From the NCBI GenBank assembly GCA_040390725.1, contig JAZJXT010000001.1:152586-216585 (forward strand): a stretch of DNA of 64,000 nucleotides, given 5' to 3'. Under the pieces are notes generated by a model. It made no database searches. It was not told the DNA's origin and saw only the letters and a program-made list of their open reading frames with translations. Shown piece by piece: positions 7,868-17,220 of this stretch (position 1 is its first letter; each line of letters starts with the position of its first letter). Both the position numbers and the translations under genes were made by a program. Origin of the DNA: Patescibacteria group bacterium. GTDB lineage: Bacteria > Patescibacteriota > Minisyncoccia > Phycocordibacterales > UBA9973.

Positions 7868-9397
7868 TTATCTTTGTGTCACTGAAAATGATTCCAAGAC
7901 ATCTCCGGAAACAATTTCAATTTTTGATTCGACCATAGTTCCAAATTCCGAACCTTCTTCTACCTCGCTTACTTTTGCTTTACTCTTTTCCAAATTCACT
8001 ATCTTGCCTTTACCTATTTCGAAATCTCGGCGCATTATTTTAACAGTTTCACCTAGGGTAATTTTACCCTCAGTAACTTTCCCTCCGACTATTTGTCTTT
8101 CTTTTGTTCTGCTAAAAGCTTTGATGATTTTTGCTTTGCCTTTTGTCTCAGTAGTTTCTACTCGCGGGCGTCTTTTTTCCATTTCTTCCGCGAGCCATTC
8201 TGTCATTTTGTAAATGATGTCAAAGTGGTTTATTGTGATGCCTCTATTCAATGCTAGCTCGGTGGCATTTTTATCTATTTTTACATTGAAGCCTATTACC
8301 AATACATCACCCGGAATAGTGATATTTTTAATATCTGATTCCAATATTGGTCCTGTGCCTTTTTGAATTATTTTAAATTCTGCGCCGTCACTTTTTATTT
8401 TAGCTATTTCTTTTTCCACGGCTTCGAGTGAGCCGGCAACATCTGTTTTAATAACTATCGGAATGATTTTATTGCCTAACTTGGGAGCTGAGCTCCCAAG
8501 TGGGAGCTCAGCTCCCAAGTTCTTGAAATTCTCAACATATTTCTCAGCATCCTGTTTCTTGTCGAAAGTTTTAAACTCTGCACCGATTTTAGGTACTTTG
8601 TCGAAGCCTACGAGCCTGATGGGGGATGAGAAGCTAGCATCGTTTACCATTTTACCTAAAAAGTTTTCTATGATGCGAGTGGAGCACATAGCATCTTCTA
8701 CCACTACAGTCATACCATTTTTAAGCGAGCCATTTTTGATAATAAGGGTGGCTTGGATTCCGCGTTTTGAGTCTAGGTGAGCTTCGATGACGTAGCCTGA
8801 AGCATTTTCATCAAGAGTGCCGGTGAAGTTTTCAAGTTCCGCTAAAATTAAAATAAGTGAAAGCAAATTGTCTACACCTGCCCCAGTCTTTGCAGATATT
8901 TCCGCAAAAGGAGTTTTGCCCCCGTAATTTTCCAAATAAATTTCATTCTCAGCTAGGCTCATTTTTGTTCTTTCGATGTCCGCACCCGGTTTGTCTATTT
9001 TATTTATTGCTACGATGCAAGGGGTATTACTAGCAACTATTGTCTTCCATGCTTCAACTGTCTGTGGCTTGACGCCGTCTTCTGCTGATACTACGAGTAT
9101 CGCGATATCGGCGAGCTTTGCTCCGCGTTCACGCATTTTAGAAAAGGCTTCATGTCCCGGTGTATCCAAAAATGTAATTTTTTTTATGTGCTCGCCTGCC
9201 CCGTTGAAAGTACTCTTTCCTTCGGGGTCTTTATGAATAACTTCATAAGCAGAAATATGCTGAGTGATGCCTCCGGCTTCGCGTTCTACGACATTTGATT
9301 TACGGATGTAATCCAAAAGAGTCGACTTGCCGTGGTCGATATGTCCCATCACTGCCACTACCGGTGGTCTTTCAATTGTATTTTTTTCTTTTTCCAT
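7868..9397 (-). CDS. infB: Translation initiation factor IF-2 (short form lacking the long N-terminal region)
   Basis: GTPase motifs VAVMGHIDHGKSTLLD, FLDTPGHEAF, NKIDK; beta-barrel domains follow. Confidence 0.9.
   Translation of the reverse strand: MEKEKNTIERPPVVAVMGHIDHGKSTLLDYIRKSNVVEREAGGITQHISAYEVIHKDPEGKSTFNGAGEHIKKITFLDTPGHEAFSKMRERGAKLADIAILVVSAEDGVKPQTVEAWKTIVASNTPCIVAINKIDKPGADIERTKMSLAENEIYLENYGGKTPFAEISAKTGAGVDNLLSLILILAELENFTGTLDENASGYVIEAHLDSKRGIQATLIIKNGSLKNGMTVVVEDAMCSTRIIENFLGKMVNDASFSSPIRLVGFDKVPKIGAEFKTFDKKQDAEKYVENFKNLGAELPLGSSAPKLGNKIIPIVIKTDVAGSLEAVEKEIAKIKSDGAEFKIIQKGTGPILESDIKNITIPGDVLVIGFNVKIDKNATELALNRGITINHFDIIYKMTEWLAEEMEKRRPRVETTETKGKAKIIKAFSRTKERQIVGGKVTEGKITLGETVKIMRRDFEIGKGKIVNLEKSKAKVSEVEEGSEFGTMVESKIEIVSGDVLESFSVTQR
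8480..8519. repeat. Tandemly duplicated GC-rich palindrome (cttgggagctgagctcccaag x2) in frame within infB
   Basis: Read directly. It encodes LGAELPLGSSAPKLG and its composition differs sharply from the flanking AT-rich coding sequence. Confidence 0.7.
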
Positions 9398-9409
9398 TTT
9401 ATTTTCTTT

Positions 9410-9880
9410 TTACTTTATTTTTGCTTTTTCCAGAACCCCTTTTTCTTCTTCAGTGAGTTCGTATTCTGATTTGCCGTTTTTAATCGGCTTGGCGAATACG
9501 CTCATCCTGTCCCTGGAATACAAACTAGAAATTATTACTCCGTCGTTTTCTTCATTTATCATGCCGATAGCAAAGCTTTGGTTACTGCCTTGGTCAGGAA
9601 AAGGGTTGAAGCGTAAAGTTTCGAGTCCGCGAATACTTTTTTTTAATTTAGCATTCATTATTGCATTTTCTTTTTCAAAATTTTCTTTCGCTTGTTTTAG
9701 TTTTGTGATTTCATCTTGCATACTAGCGATAGTATCTTCTAAGTCTTGCGCTTTTTTGCCTAGGAAAAATCTTTTCAATCGGGATTCTGTTTTGACAACC
9801 CAAAAAATACCTATTATTATGGCTATGCTGGTTAAAATAAAAAAAACCAAAACAAACATGTCGGGGAGCTTTATATTCAT
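9410..9880 (-). CDS. Membrane-anchored coiled-coil protein (possibly DUF4446-like) upstream of infB
   Basis: 156 aa with an N-terminal TM and a coiled coil (DLEDTIASMQDEITKLKQAKENFEKE). The family assignment is uncertain. Confidence 0.45.
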   Translation of the reverse strand: MNIKLPDMFVLVFFILTSIAIIIGIFWVVKTESRLKRFFLGKKAQDLEDTIASMQDEITKLKQAKENFEKENAIMNAKLKKSIRGLETLRFNPFPDQGSNQSFAIGMINEENDGVIISSLYSRDRMSVFAKPIKNGKSEYELTEEEKGVLEKAKIK

Positions 9881-9937
9881 ACCATTTCAATATATACTAC
9901 TTTTATGCGAAAATCAACCAAAAAACCAAATAAAATC

Positions 9938-11041
9938 TATATGGACTACGCGTCTTCTTTTTCACCGAACCCGAGCTCTATACATGGTTTGGGTGTTGAG
10001 GCTAAAAAGAAACTAGAAAATGCTCGCAAGGAAACGGCGGAGCTTTTATATGCGCGTCCGGATGAAATTATTTTTACTAGCGGAGGAACGGAAAGTAATA
10101 ATCTTGCCATTTTAGGAGTTTTTAAAAATTTAAAAAATCCGCATATCATTACTACAAACATAGAACATGCTTCAGTACTAGAAGTTTTTAAACATTTGGA
10201 AAAAACAAAACAAGCGGAAGTTACTATTGTTCCAGTTGAAACAAATGGCATAGTTGATCCGAAAAAAATCAAAAAAGCGATTAAGGAAAATACTGTTTTA
10301 ATTTCTGTAATGTATGCGAATAATGAAATAGGAACTATTCAACCGATTCGTGAAATTGTGAAAGAGGTGAGGCATTATAGAAAAAATGCAAAAAGTACTT
10401 TTCCTTTTGTACATACCGATGCAGTGCAGGCGGGTAATTATTTGGATTTGAATGTTGAAAGGCTAGGTGTAGATATGATGTCTTTGAGTGGTTCAAAAAT
10501 TCAAAATGCTGGCAGAGTTGGGGTGTTGTATACAAAAAGAAAAACACCAATTAGTTCGATAATGTTTGGTGGTGATCAAGAAGGGGGACTTCGACCAGGT
10601 ACAGAAAATTTGCCGGCAATTTTGGATTTCGTAAAAGCATTTAAAGAAGTTAGAAAAATAAAAGATAAAGAAATAAAAAGATTAACAAAGTTGAGAGATT
10701 ATTTTATTCAGAAATTATTACATTCTAACATTATCAATAATGTCATAATGTTAAATGGCGACGCGAAAGAAAGATTGCCAAATAATATAAATATAACAAT
10801 ATCAAAAATACCTAGCGACCTTTTGGTGCTCGAGCTTTCCGCGCGAGGTATATATGTTTCTGAAAAAAGCGCTTGCAAGTCAGGGGATACAGAATCTTCT
10901 CACGTCATCCGTGCAATTTGCAAAAAAGATTCTCAATCCTTGCGCTTTTCTATGGGCAGATCAACAGCCAAAGCCGACATTGATTACACATTAAAATCCC
11001 TTTCCCAAATTTTGCAAAAATTAAAAAAGTGGTATACTTAA
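9938..11041 (+). CDS. Cysteine desulfurase / class V aminotransferase family protein (NifS/IscS-like)
   Basis: IFTSGGTESNNLAIL.., HTDAVQA.., the PLP-Lys region SLSGSKIQNAGRVGVLY, and ..GTENLPAI. The start could be 9905 or 9938. Confidence 0.7.
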   Translation, partial: YMDYASSFSPNPSSIHGLGVEAKKKLENARKETAELLYARPDEIIFTSGGTESNNLAILGVFKNLKNPHIITTNIEHASVLEVFKHLEKTKQAEVTIVPVETNGIVDPKKIKKAIKENTVLISVMYANNEIGTIQPIREIVKEVRHYRKNAKSTFPFVHTDAVQAGNYLDLNVERLGVDMMSLSGSKIQNAGRVGVLYTKRKTPISSIMFGGDQEGGLRPGTENLPAILDFVKAFKEVRKIKDKEIKRLTKLRDYFIQKLLHSNIINNVIMLNGDAKERLPNNINITISKIPSDLLVLELSARGIYVSEKSACKSGDTESSHVIRAICKKDSQSLRFSMGRSTAKADIDYTLKSLSQILQKLKKWYT

Positions 11042-11052
11042 GTGTAAATAAT

Positions 11053-11916
11053 ATGAAAGAAGCAGATTTTAACCAATTAAATAAAGATTTTACTGAAGCT
11101 CAGGAAAAAGCAAACAAAGCTATCAAGCCAAATGCTAAAGATTTAAAAGTTCTCGACGACGCAAGGGGTTCTTTTATTAAGGCTGCACGCTTGGATTATA
11201 TTAAGACTCGTGAGTTGCAACTCTCAGAAGCGCAAAATTTAAGTCTTCCTAATGCCGTTGATAAAAAAAAATATAATACTCAGCAATCCCAAAAAGAAAT
11301 AGATCCGGAAAAATTAGAAAAAGAAGTGTGTGATATAGCACGGGAATTGCTTCATAGATTACCTGAATGTACAGAGGCAGAGGTAAATAATGCAAAAATT
11401 TCCATAATTACAAAATTGCCACCTTCTGAATTAAAAGATTATAAAAATACAAGCGAGGTTAATCAAGGGTTTGGAAAATGCTCATATAATTCAAAAACAT
11501 TTGCTGTTGATTATATGGAAAAACAGGAAAAACCAAAAGTACAGCTTCTCGGCGGGCAATATATTATGGAGAATTTTTCTTTTTCGGATGTTCACAATCC
11601 CAGGTATGAAGCCATTCATATTTTATCAGGGAAATATGAAGACAACGAAAATAATGCAGACAATCGTCGTTTCCCAGATGTCAGGGACATTATGTACTTT
11701 CTTAATCTGGAAAAAGATAAAATTCCAGAAGAAATGAAAGTAAAAGGAAAAAAGTACTATTTTCCAGGGTCATTTTTTTATAATAAATATAATACCGCTC
11801 ATCTTTTTTGTTTAATATGGAATGGCGAGGATTTTGAGTTAAGATCAGAAGCACTAAAGGGGGATCTTATGAATGATGATGTTATTGTTCTTATTGCTTC
11901 ATCTAAAAATAAATAA
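11053..11916 (+). CDS. Hypothetical protein
   Basis: Long ORF with no recognisable motif; start chosen at MKEADF. Confidence 0.4.
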   Translation: MKEADFNQLNKDFTEAQEKANKAIKPNAKDLKVLDDARGSFIKAARLDYIKTRELQLSEAQNLSLPNAVDKKKYNTQQSQKEIDPEKLEKEVCDIARELLHRLPECTEAEVNNAKISIITKLPPSELKDYKNTSEVNQGFGKCSYNSKTFAVDYMEKQEKPKVQLLGGQYIMENFSFSDVHNPRYEAIHILSGKYEDNENNADNRRFPDVRDIMYFLNLEKDKIPEEMKVKGKKYYFPGSFFYNKYNTAHLFCLIWNGEDFELRSEALKGDLMNDDVIVLIASSKNK

Positions 11917-11952
11917 TTTTACAAAAAAATAATAGGGGAGTATAATTGAATT

Positions 11953-12534
11953 ATGGATATAAAAGAATTAAATAGGACACAAATGATCATGTTGGCTTTA
12001 CTTTTGAGCTTTGTCACTTCTATTGCCACGGGGATAACTACAGTGACTTTGATGCAACAAGCACCGAGTTCTGTAACTGTACCTATTAATCGTATTGTCA
12101 GGGAGACAGTTGAAAAAGTAGTACCGGCGGATACCTTGAATAAGATTCCAGCATTATCAACAGATCAACAGCAATTGCTCGAAGACTTGAAAGCTATCAA
12201 GCCTCTCACTGTTTCTTTATTTTTAAAAGGCATGAAAGATGATGGTAGTGATGACAAAATTTTGGGCACCGGATTGTTTTTAGGTAATGACAAAGTCGTG
12301 ATAGCTTCAGTAATATCTGCACCAAAAGAAGGCGAGGTGTACGTAGTAAAAAGTGTTTTAGGCGAACAAAAGATTTTAAAAGTTACAGCTGAGAAAGATT
12401 TTACAATTGTTGAACTTGTAAATAATGACACTACTGTTACTCCTGATGCTGGTAAAAAAACTGATACCACCACAGCGCCTGCCGGCACGACTACCACACC
12501 GGATACAACTCAAAATACAGCACCTGCTCAGTAG
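11953..12534 (+). CDS. Hypothetical membrane-anchored protein with a Thr-rich C-terminus
   Basis: 193 aa with an N-terminal TM and a C-terminal TTTAPAGTTTTPDTTQNTAPAQ tail. Confidence 0.45.
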   Translation: MDIKELNRTQMIMLALLLSFVTSIATGITTVTLMQQAPSSVTVPINRIVRETVEKVVPADTLNKIPALSTDQQQLLEDLKAIKPLTVSLFLKGMKDDGSDDKILGTGLFLGNDKVVIASVISAPKEGEVYVVKSVLGEQKILKVTAEKDFTIVELVNNDTTVTPDAGKKTDTTTAPAGTTTTPDTTQNTAPAQ

Positions 12535-12578
12535 ATTTAGGTATTTGACTTTTTATTATTATATGTTATATTATAAAT

Positions 12579-15251
12579 ATGCCTCCATTAAATAAATTTA
12601 CAACAAAAGCCAAAGACGCAATAAAAAAGGCTCACGAGCTGGCCATTGAGCGCGGGCAAAATCACGTGTCTTCTTTGCACCTACTCGCTTCGCTTTTACT
12701 CCAAGAAGAAAGTATGGTGAATTCTATTTTAGATAAATTGGAAATAGATGTAATGCTTTTGACTGACAATGTTTTGGATTCTATTGAATTACCGGAATCT
12801 CGCAGTACTCTTTCACCGGCTTATCAGATTTATTTGAATCCTGACTTGGCGCAAGTCATAGAGCTTTCAGCAAAATTAGCAGAATCATTAAAGGATGATT
12901 TTGTTTCGACCGAACATCTTTTTATCGCGATATTAGACGTGCCGAGTGAAGCACGAGAGACCTTGGCGCGTTTTAGAATACACAAAGATCCTGTGATGAA
13001 AGTTTTAGAAGAACTTCGCAGTCAAAATATCACTGATGTTTCAGAAACTAAAAAGTTTCGATTCTTACCGAAATATACTCGCAATTTGAGCAAGCTCGCA
13101 AAGGAAGACAAGCTCGACCCTGTCATCGGACGCGACAATGAAATAATGCGCATAATGCAAATCCTTTCTCGAAGGACAAAAAATAATCCTATCTTGATAG
13201 GTGAGGCCGGCACCGGTAAAACTGCCGTAGTAGAAGGCCTCGCGCAAAGGATTGCTAAAAATGATGTCTCTGAATCTTTGAAAGATAAAGAATTAGTTTC
13301 GCTTGATTTAGGTTCTTTGATTGCCGGTACAAAATATCGTGGAGAGTTTGAAGAACGCTTGAAGGGAATCATGAAAGAAGTAGAACGCGCTGATGGAAAA
13401 ATAATTTTATTTATCGACGAGATACACACTATAGTTGGCGCAGGAGGTGCAGAAGGCACCATGGATGCTTCAAATATGTTGAAGCCTGCTTTAGCTCGCG
13501 GAGAATTGCGCGCAATAGGGGCTACTACTTTGCGCGAATACCAAAAACATATTGAAAAAGACCCCGCCCTCGCAAGACGTTTTCAGCCTGTATATATTGA
13601 TGAGCCTAGTATTGAGGATGCGATTGCAATTTTGCGCGGATTAAAAGAAAAATACGAACTTTTTCACGGTGTGCGTATCACTGATGATGCGATTCTTTCT
13701 GCGGTGAATCTTTCTTCACGATATATTACAAACAGATTTTTACCAGACAAAGCAGTGGATTTGATCGATGAAGCATCTTCTTCTTTGAAAATTGCATTGG
13801 AAAATAAACCACCTGTCCTAGAAGAAGCGCACAGAAAAATAATGCGTTTGGAAATTGAAAAAGAAGCATTAAAAAAAGAAACTGAAAATAAAGATGCCAA
13901 GAATCGCGTAAAAGATATCGATAAAGAAATAGGCAACCTTCATGAAAAAACAAAAGAGCTCGAATTAAAATGGCAAAATGAAAAAACAATCGTCATAGAA
14001 ATTCGTGCTATTAAAAAAGAATTAGAATCACTTCGTCTAGAAGCCGAGAATGCCGAAATGCGCGCCGATCTTTCTCGCGCCGCAGAGATTCGTTATGGTA
14101 AAATTCCTGAATTAAAAAAGGAACTTGAAATAAAACTTCTTCGTTTAAAGAAATTACAAAAATCTCGCAGGATTTTAAAAGAAGAAATTACTGCGGAAGA
14201 TATTGCCGAAGTTGTAGCTCGTTGGACAGGTATTCCTCTTGTAAAAATGCTCGAAGAAGAACGTGCAAAACTCGAGAGGATGGAAGGCGAACTCGCAAAA
14301 CGAATAGTCGGTCAAGAAGAAGCCGTAAAAAGAGTTGCGGATGTTATTCGTCGTTCGCGCGCGGGTATTTCTGATCCAAACAGACCTATCGGTTCATTTA
14401 TTTTTCTTGGTCCTACCGGTGTGGGTAAAACAGAGCTCACAAAGGCTTTGAGTCAGTTTATGTTCAATGATGACAGAGCACTTATCCGTGTGGATATGTC
14501 TGAATATATGGAAAGACATTCTACTTCGAAACTTATCGGTTCGCCTCCGGGTTATGTGGGACACGATGAAGCTGGACAGCTCACTGAGGCAGTGCGTCAC
14601 CGTCCATATTCAGTGATACTTTTTGACGAGATTGAAAAAGCGCATCCGGAAGTTTTCAATATGCTTTTACAAGTTCTCGATGACGGCAGACTGACTGATG
14701 GAAAAGGCCGAGTAGTTAATTTTAAAAATACAATAATAATTTTGACTTCAAATATCGGTTCGCAATTTGTGGAGAAAATGGAATCCATCGGTTTTTCCAA
14801 TCACTCTGATGTTGAAAATTACGGCGCGATGAAAGAAAAAGTGACCGAAGCGTTAAAGGATCATTTTCGTCCTGAATTTTTGAATCGGTTGGATGAAGTT
14901 ATTATTTTTGATATTTTGCCGGAGAAAGCTATCAAGGAAATTGTAGGCTTGCGTGTGAAAGTCGTTGAAGACCGCCTGGCTACCAAAGGCATTAATTTCC
15001 AAATTTCAAATGATGCTTTGGCCTACCTCGCAAAAGAAGGCTACAATCCGCATTACGGCGCGCGACCATTAAATAGACTTATTCAAAATAAAATTCTTAA
15101 TCCTGTAGCTTCACACATTATTTCCAACGGCGTAAAGAAAGGGGATACAGTCTTTGTGTCAGTAAAAAATAACGAGCTTGTTATTGAAACTAAGAAAAAT
15201 AAAATCAAAAGCTCGATGAAAGTAAAAACCGCCTCGCCATATGCGGTATAA
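12579..15251 (+). CDS. clpB: ATP-dependent chaperone ClpB
   Basis: 890 aa: Clp N-domain, NBD1 Walker [10 protein letters not shown], a long middle coiled coil, NBD2 Walker [10 protein letters not shown] and the sensor motifs. Confidence 0.95.
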   Translation: MPPLNKFTTKAKDAIKKAHELAIERGQNHVSSLHLLASLLLQEESMVNSILDKLEIDVMLLTDNVLDSIELPESRSTLSPAYQIYLNPDLAQVIELSAKLAESLKDDFVSTEHLFIAILDVPSEARETLARFRIHKDPVMKVLEELRSQNITDVSETKKFRFLPKYTRNLSKLAKEDKLDPVIGRDNEIMRIMQILSRRTKNNPILIGEAGTGKTAVVEGLAQRIAKNDVSESLKDKELVSLDLGSLIAGTKYRGEFEERLKGIMKEVERADGKIILFIDEIHTIVGAGGAEGTMDASNMLKPALARGELRAIGATTLREYQKHIEKDPALARRFQPVYIDEPSIEDAIAILRGLKEKYELFHGVRITDDAILSAVNLSSRYITNRFLPDKAVDLIDEASSSLKIALENKPPVLEEAHRKIMRLEIEKEALKKETENKDAKNRVKDIDKEIGNLHEKTKELELKWQNEKTIVIEIRAIKKELESLRLEAENAEMRADLSRAAEIRYGKIPELKKELEIKLLRLKKLQKSRRILKEEITAEDIAEVVARWTGIPLVKMLEEERAKLERMEGELAKRIVGQEEAVKRVADVIRRSRAGISDPNRPIGSFIFLGPTGVGKTELTKALSQFMFNDDRALIRVDMSEYMERHSTSKLIGSPPGYVGHDEAGQLTEAVRHRPYSVILFDEIEKAHPEVFNMLLQVLDDGRLTDGKGRVVNFKNTIIILTSNIGSQFVEKMESIGFSNHSDVENYGAMKEKVTEALKDHFRPEFLNRLDEVIIFDILPEKAIKEIVGLRVKVVEDRLATKGINFQISNDALAYLAKEGYNPHYGARPLNRLIQNKILNPVASHIISNGVKKGDTVFVSVKNNELVIETKKNKIKSSMKVKTASPYAV

Positions 15252-15259
15252 TTAAAATT

Positions 15260-17011
15260 ATGGGTAAATTTGATAAAGGTCCAATTGAAAATATTAATGA
15301 AGCGCATGATTATGCTAATGCTGAAAAGGCATTTAAGGAATTACCTGCATTTATAACTCTTGATAAGAGTGATCCAAAAATAGCAGAAGCTATTAATTTT
15401 CTTGCGGAAGAAGTGGCAGAACAATCGAGGTTGGCTTATATAAATAGGCATCAATTTGATCTTGGCAGTCGAGAAGCTATTAAAAAATCCAGAGAAATAA
15501 AGGTCGAGGCATCAGGTAGAGGAATTAAAACTAGCGCAAACCCTGGTAAGTATTTTAAAGCCATTTATGAAAGAGTAGCTAATGCAATTGATCAGATGAT
15601 TACTGACAATGCAAGATGGGTTTCAGTTCAAGAAAAAAAAGTTCTCGATATATTGCCTGAAGAAGATCCAAGAGAAATACATGATTTTTTTGGGCATGGA
15701 TTAAAGATGTTTTTTCTTCAGCAATTTAGATTAGAAAGTTTGCAGAGTAAAGAACATAGTAAGGAAAAGGTTTCTATTTCTCTTCAGGATCCTCAATATA
15801 TAAAGGATCAAATTTTTGCTTACAGCTTTGATTTTATTCAGTCGTTAAAAGAGTCAGCAAGAGAAGAAGTTACACCTAGGCAAGCCTTGCGACTTGCTGA
15901 GTTAACTTATCAATATAATCCCGGCGTACTGCAAGAATTTATGAAAAAGTATCCGCAAATTGAAAAAGGCGTTATTTTAGTGGTTTTGACCGCTTATCGT
16001 AATCCGGAAGAATTTCTTAATTCTTACATTACTAGAGTTGAAGAATTGACGAAAAAGTATAAAGGTAAGGTTGGTAAAGGTGTAATCAGTCAAGCAGCTT
16101 TAGGTTATGCTCCGACTAAAAAGAACCCTAATAATTCTGAAAAATTTATTGAGACATATATGTTAGAGGTAATTAGGTTGCGGGGTTTATATCCTGGTGT
16201 CAGTAATACTGTCCTGCATGATGCTGCTAGTAATCATCCTAATAGTAAGGAAAATCCTAGGAATTCCGAGAATTCTCTTGATTCATATTTATTAGCATTA
16301 AAAACTTTGTCAGCAAATTATCCAAAAGTAGATACACATGTTATTCAACAATTTATTTTAAAATATCGAGCTAATGCAAAAGATGTTATTGATAGATATA
16401 TAAACAAATTGCCGGAATTAATGAAAAAATATAAAGAACTTGGTGTTAATAATTATGCAATAAGATTTATTTGTATGTCTACTCCTTCAACTAAATATCA
16501 TCCAGATAGACCAGAGAAAAATCTCGATTCTTATATTGAAAAGTTAGATGATCTGAGGAAAAGGTATGGAAAAAATGAAAATAAAAAAGATGAAGGTGTC
16601 GATGATATTGTTTTAAAATATGCTATTTTTGCGAATTTGAGCAATTCTGAAGGTTATATTAAAAATTATATTCAGTTTTTGGGTGAATTAAAAAAGAATT
16701 ATGATGGTGTTGTTGATAAACGAGCACTTAATCATGCAAGTCGTAGATATTGTCTCAAGGAAGATGGGCTTGAAAAAGCTAAAAATTTTCTTAATAAATA
16801 TATTACTGAAGTTGAAAGATTGTTGAAAAAATATTTAGGATTTGAAAAAGATACTACTCTATACGCCGCGCTTAAACATCCAGATGACCCTGATACTTAC
16901 ATTGAAGAATGCCAAAAAGGTCTTCATCCAAAAGAAGAACAAGAAGCCGATTTAAATAACCCAGATGTTATTGGTGATTTATCTGAGATTGATATTGAAA
17001 ATATTGAATAG
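15260..17011 (+). CDS. Hypothetical helical-repeat protein (degenerate roughly 55-aa repeats of the form ..SYI..L.EL.KKY.G..)
   Basis: 583 aa with about eight degenerate repeats visible by eye (YITRVEELTKKYKG, YINKLPELMKKYKE, YIEKLDDLRKRYGK, YIQFLGELKKNYDG, YITEVERLLKKYLG). Confidence 0.5.
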   Translation: MGKFDKGPIENINEAHDYANAEKAFKELPAFITLDKSDPKIAEAINFLAEEVAEQSRLAYINRHQFDLGSREAIKKSREIKVEASGRGIKTSANPGKYFKAIYERVANAIDQMITDNARWVSVQEKKVLDILPEEDPREIHDFFGHGLKMFFLQQFRLESLQSKEHSKEKVSISLQDPQYIKDQIFAYSFDFIQSLKESAREEVTPRQALRLAELTYQYNPGVLQEFMKKYPQIEKGVILVVLTAYRNPEEFLNSYITRVEELTKKYKGKVGKGVISQAALGYAPTKKNPNNSEKFIETYMLEVIRLRGLYPGVSNTVLHDAASNHPNSKENPRNSENSLDSYLLALKTLSANYPKVDTHVIQQFILKYRANAKDVIDRYINKLPELMKKYKELGVNNYAIRFICMSTPSTKYHPDRPEKNLDSYIEKLDDLRKRYGKNENKKDEGVDDIVLKYAIFANLSNSEGYIKNYIQFLGELKKNYDGVVDKRALNHASRRYCLKEDGLEKAKNFLNKYITEVERLLKKYLGFEKDTTLYAALKHPDDPDTYIEECQKGLHPKEEQEADLNNPDVIGDLSEIDIENIE

Positions 17012-17065
17012 GAAATCTTATAAAAAGATGCAAAAAATTTAATTTTGTGGTATTTTGTATTGCAT

Positions 17066-17148
17066 GCGTCGGTGGTGGAGTGGTCTATCACAACAGACTG
17101 TAAATCTGTCGCCTTCGGGCTTCGTAGGTTCGAATCCTACCCGGCGCA
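17066..17148 (+). tRNA. tRNA-Tyr (anticodon GUA), type II long variable arm; CCA not encoded
   Basis: Acceptor GCGTCGG/CCGGCGC, anticodon stem-loop CAGACTGTAAATCTG as in bacterial tRNA-Tyr, variable arm CGCCTTCGGGCTTCG. Confidence 0.8.
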
Positions 17149-17220
17149 CAAGAATTATACACTCAATATCCACTTTTATTTTGTATATCTATTGTGTATC
17201 TGTGCAATTTATACTAAAAT

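Noticed and set aside
12165-15307. Multiple antisense or alternate-frame ORFs inside clpB (for example 13022-13462 -, 13664-13989 -, 14394-14800 -)
   Set aside because: Fully embedded in a strongly supported, conserved gene, with no motifs; typical shadow ORFs.
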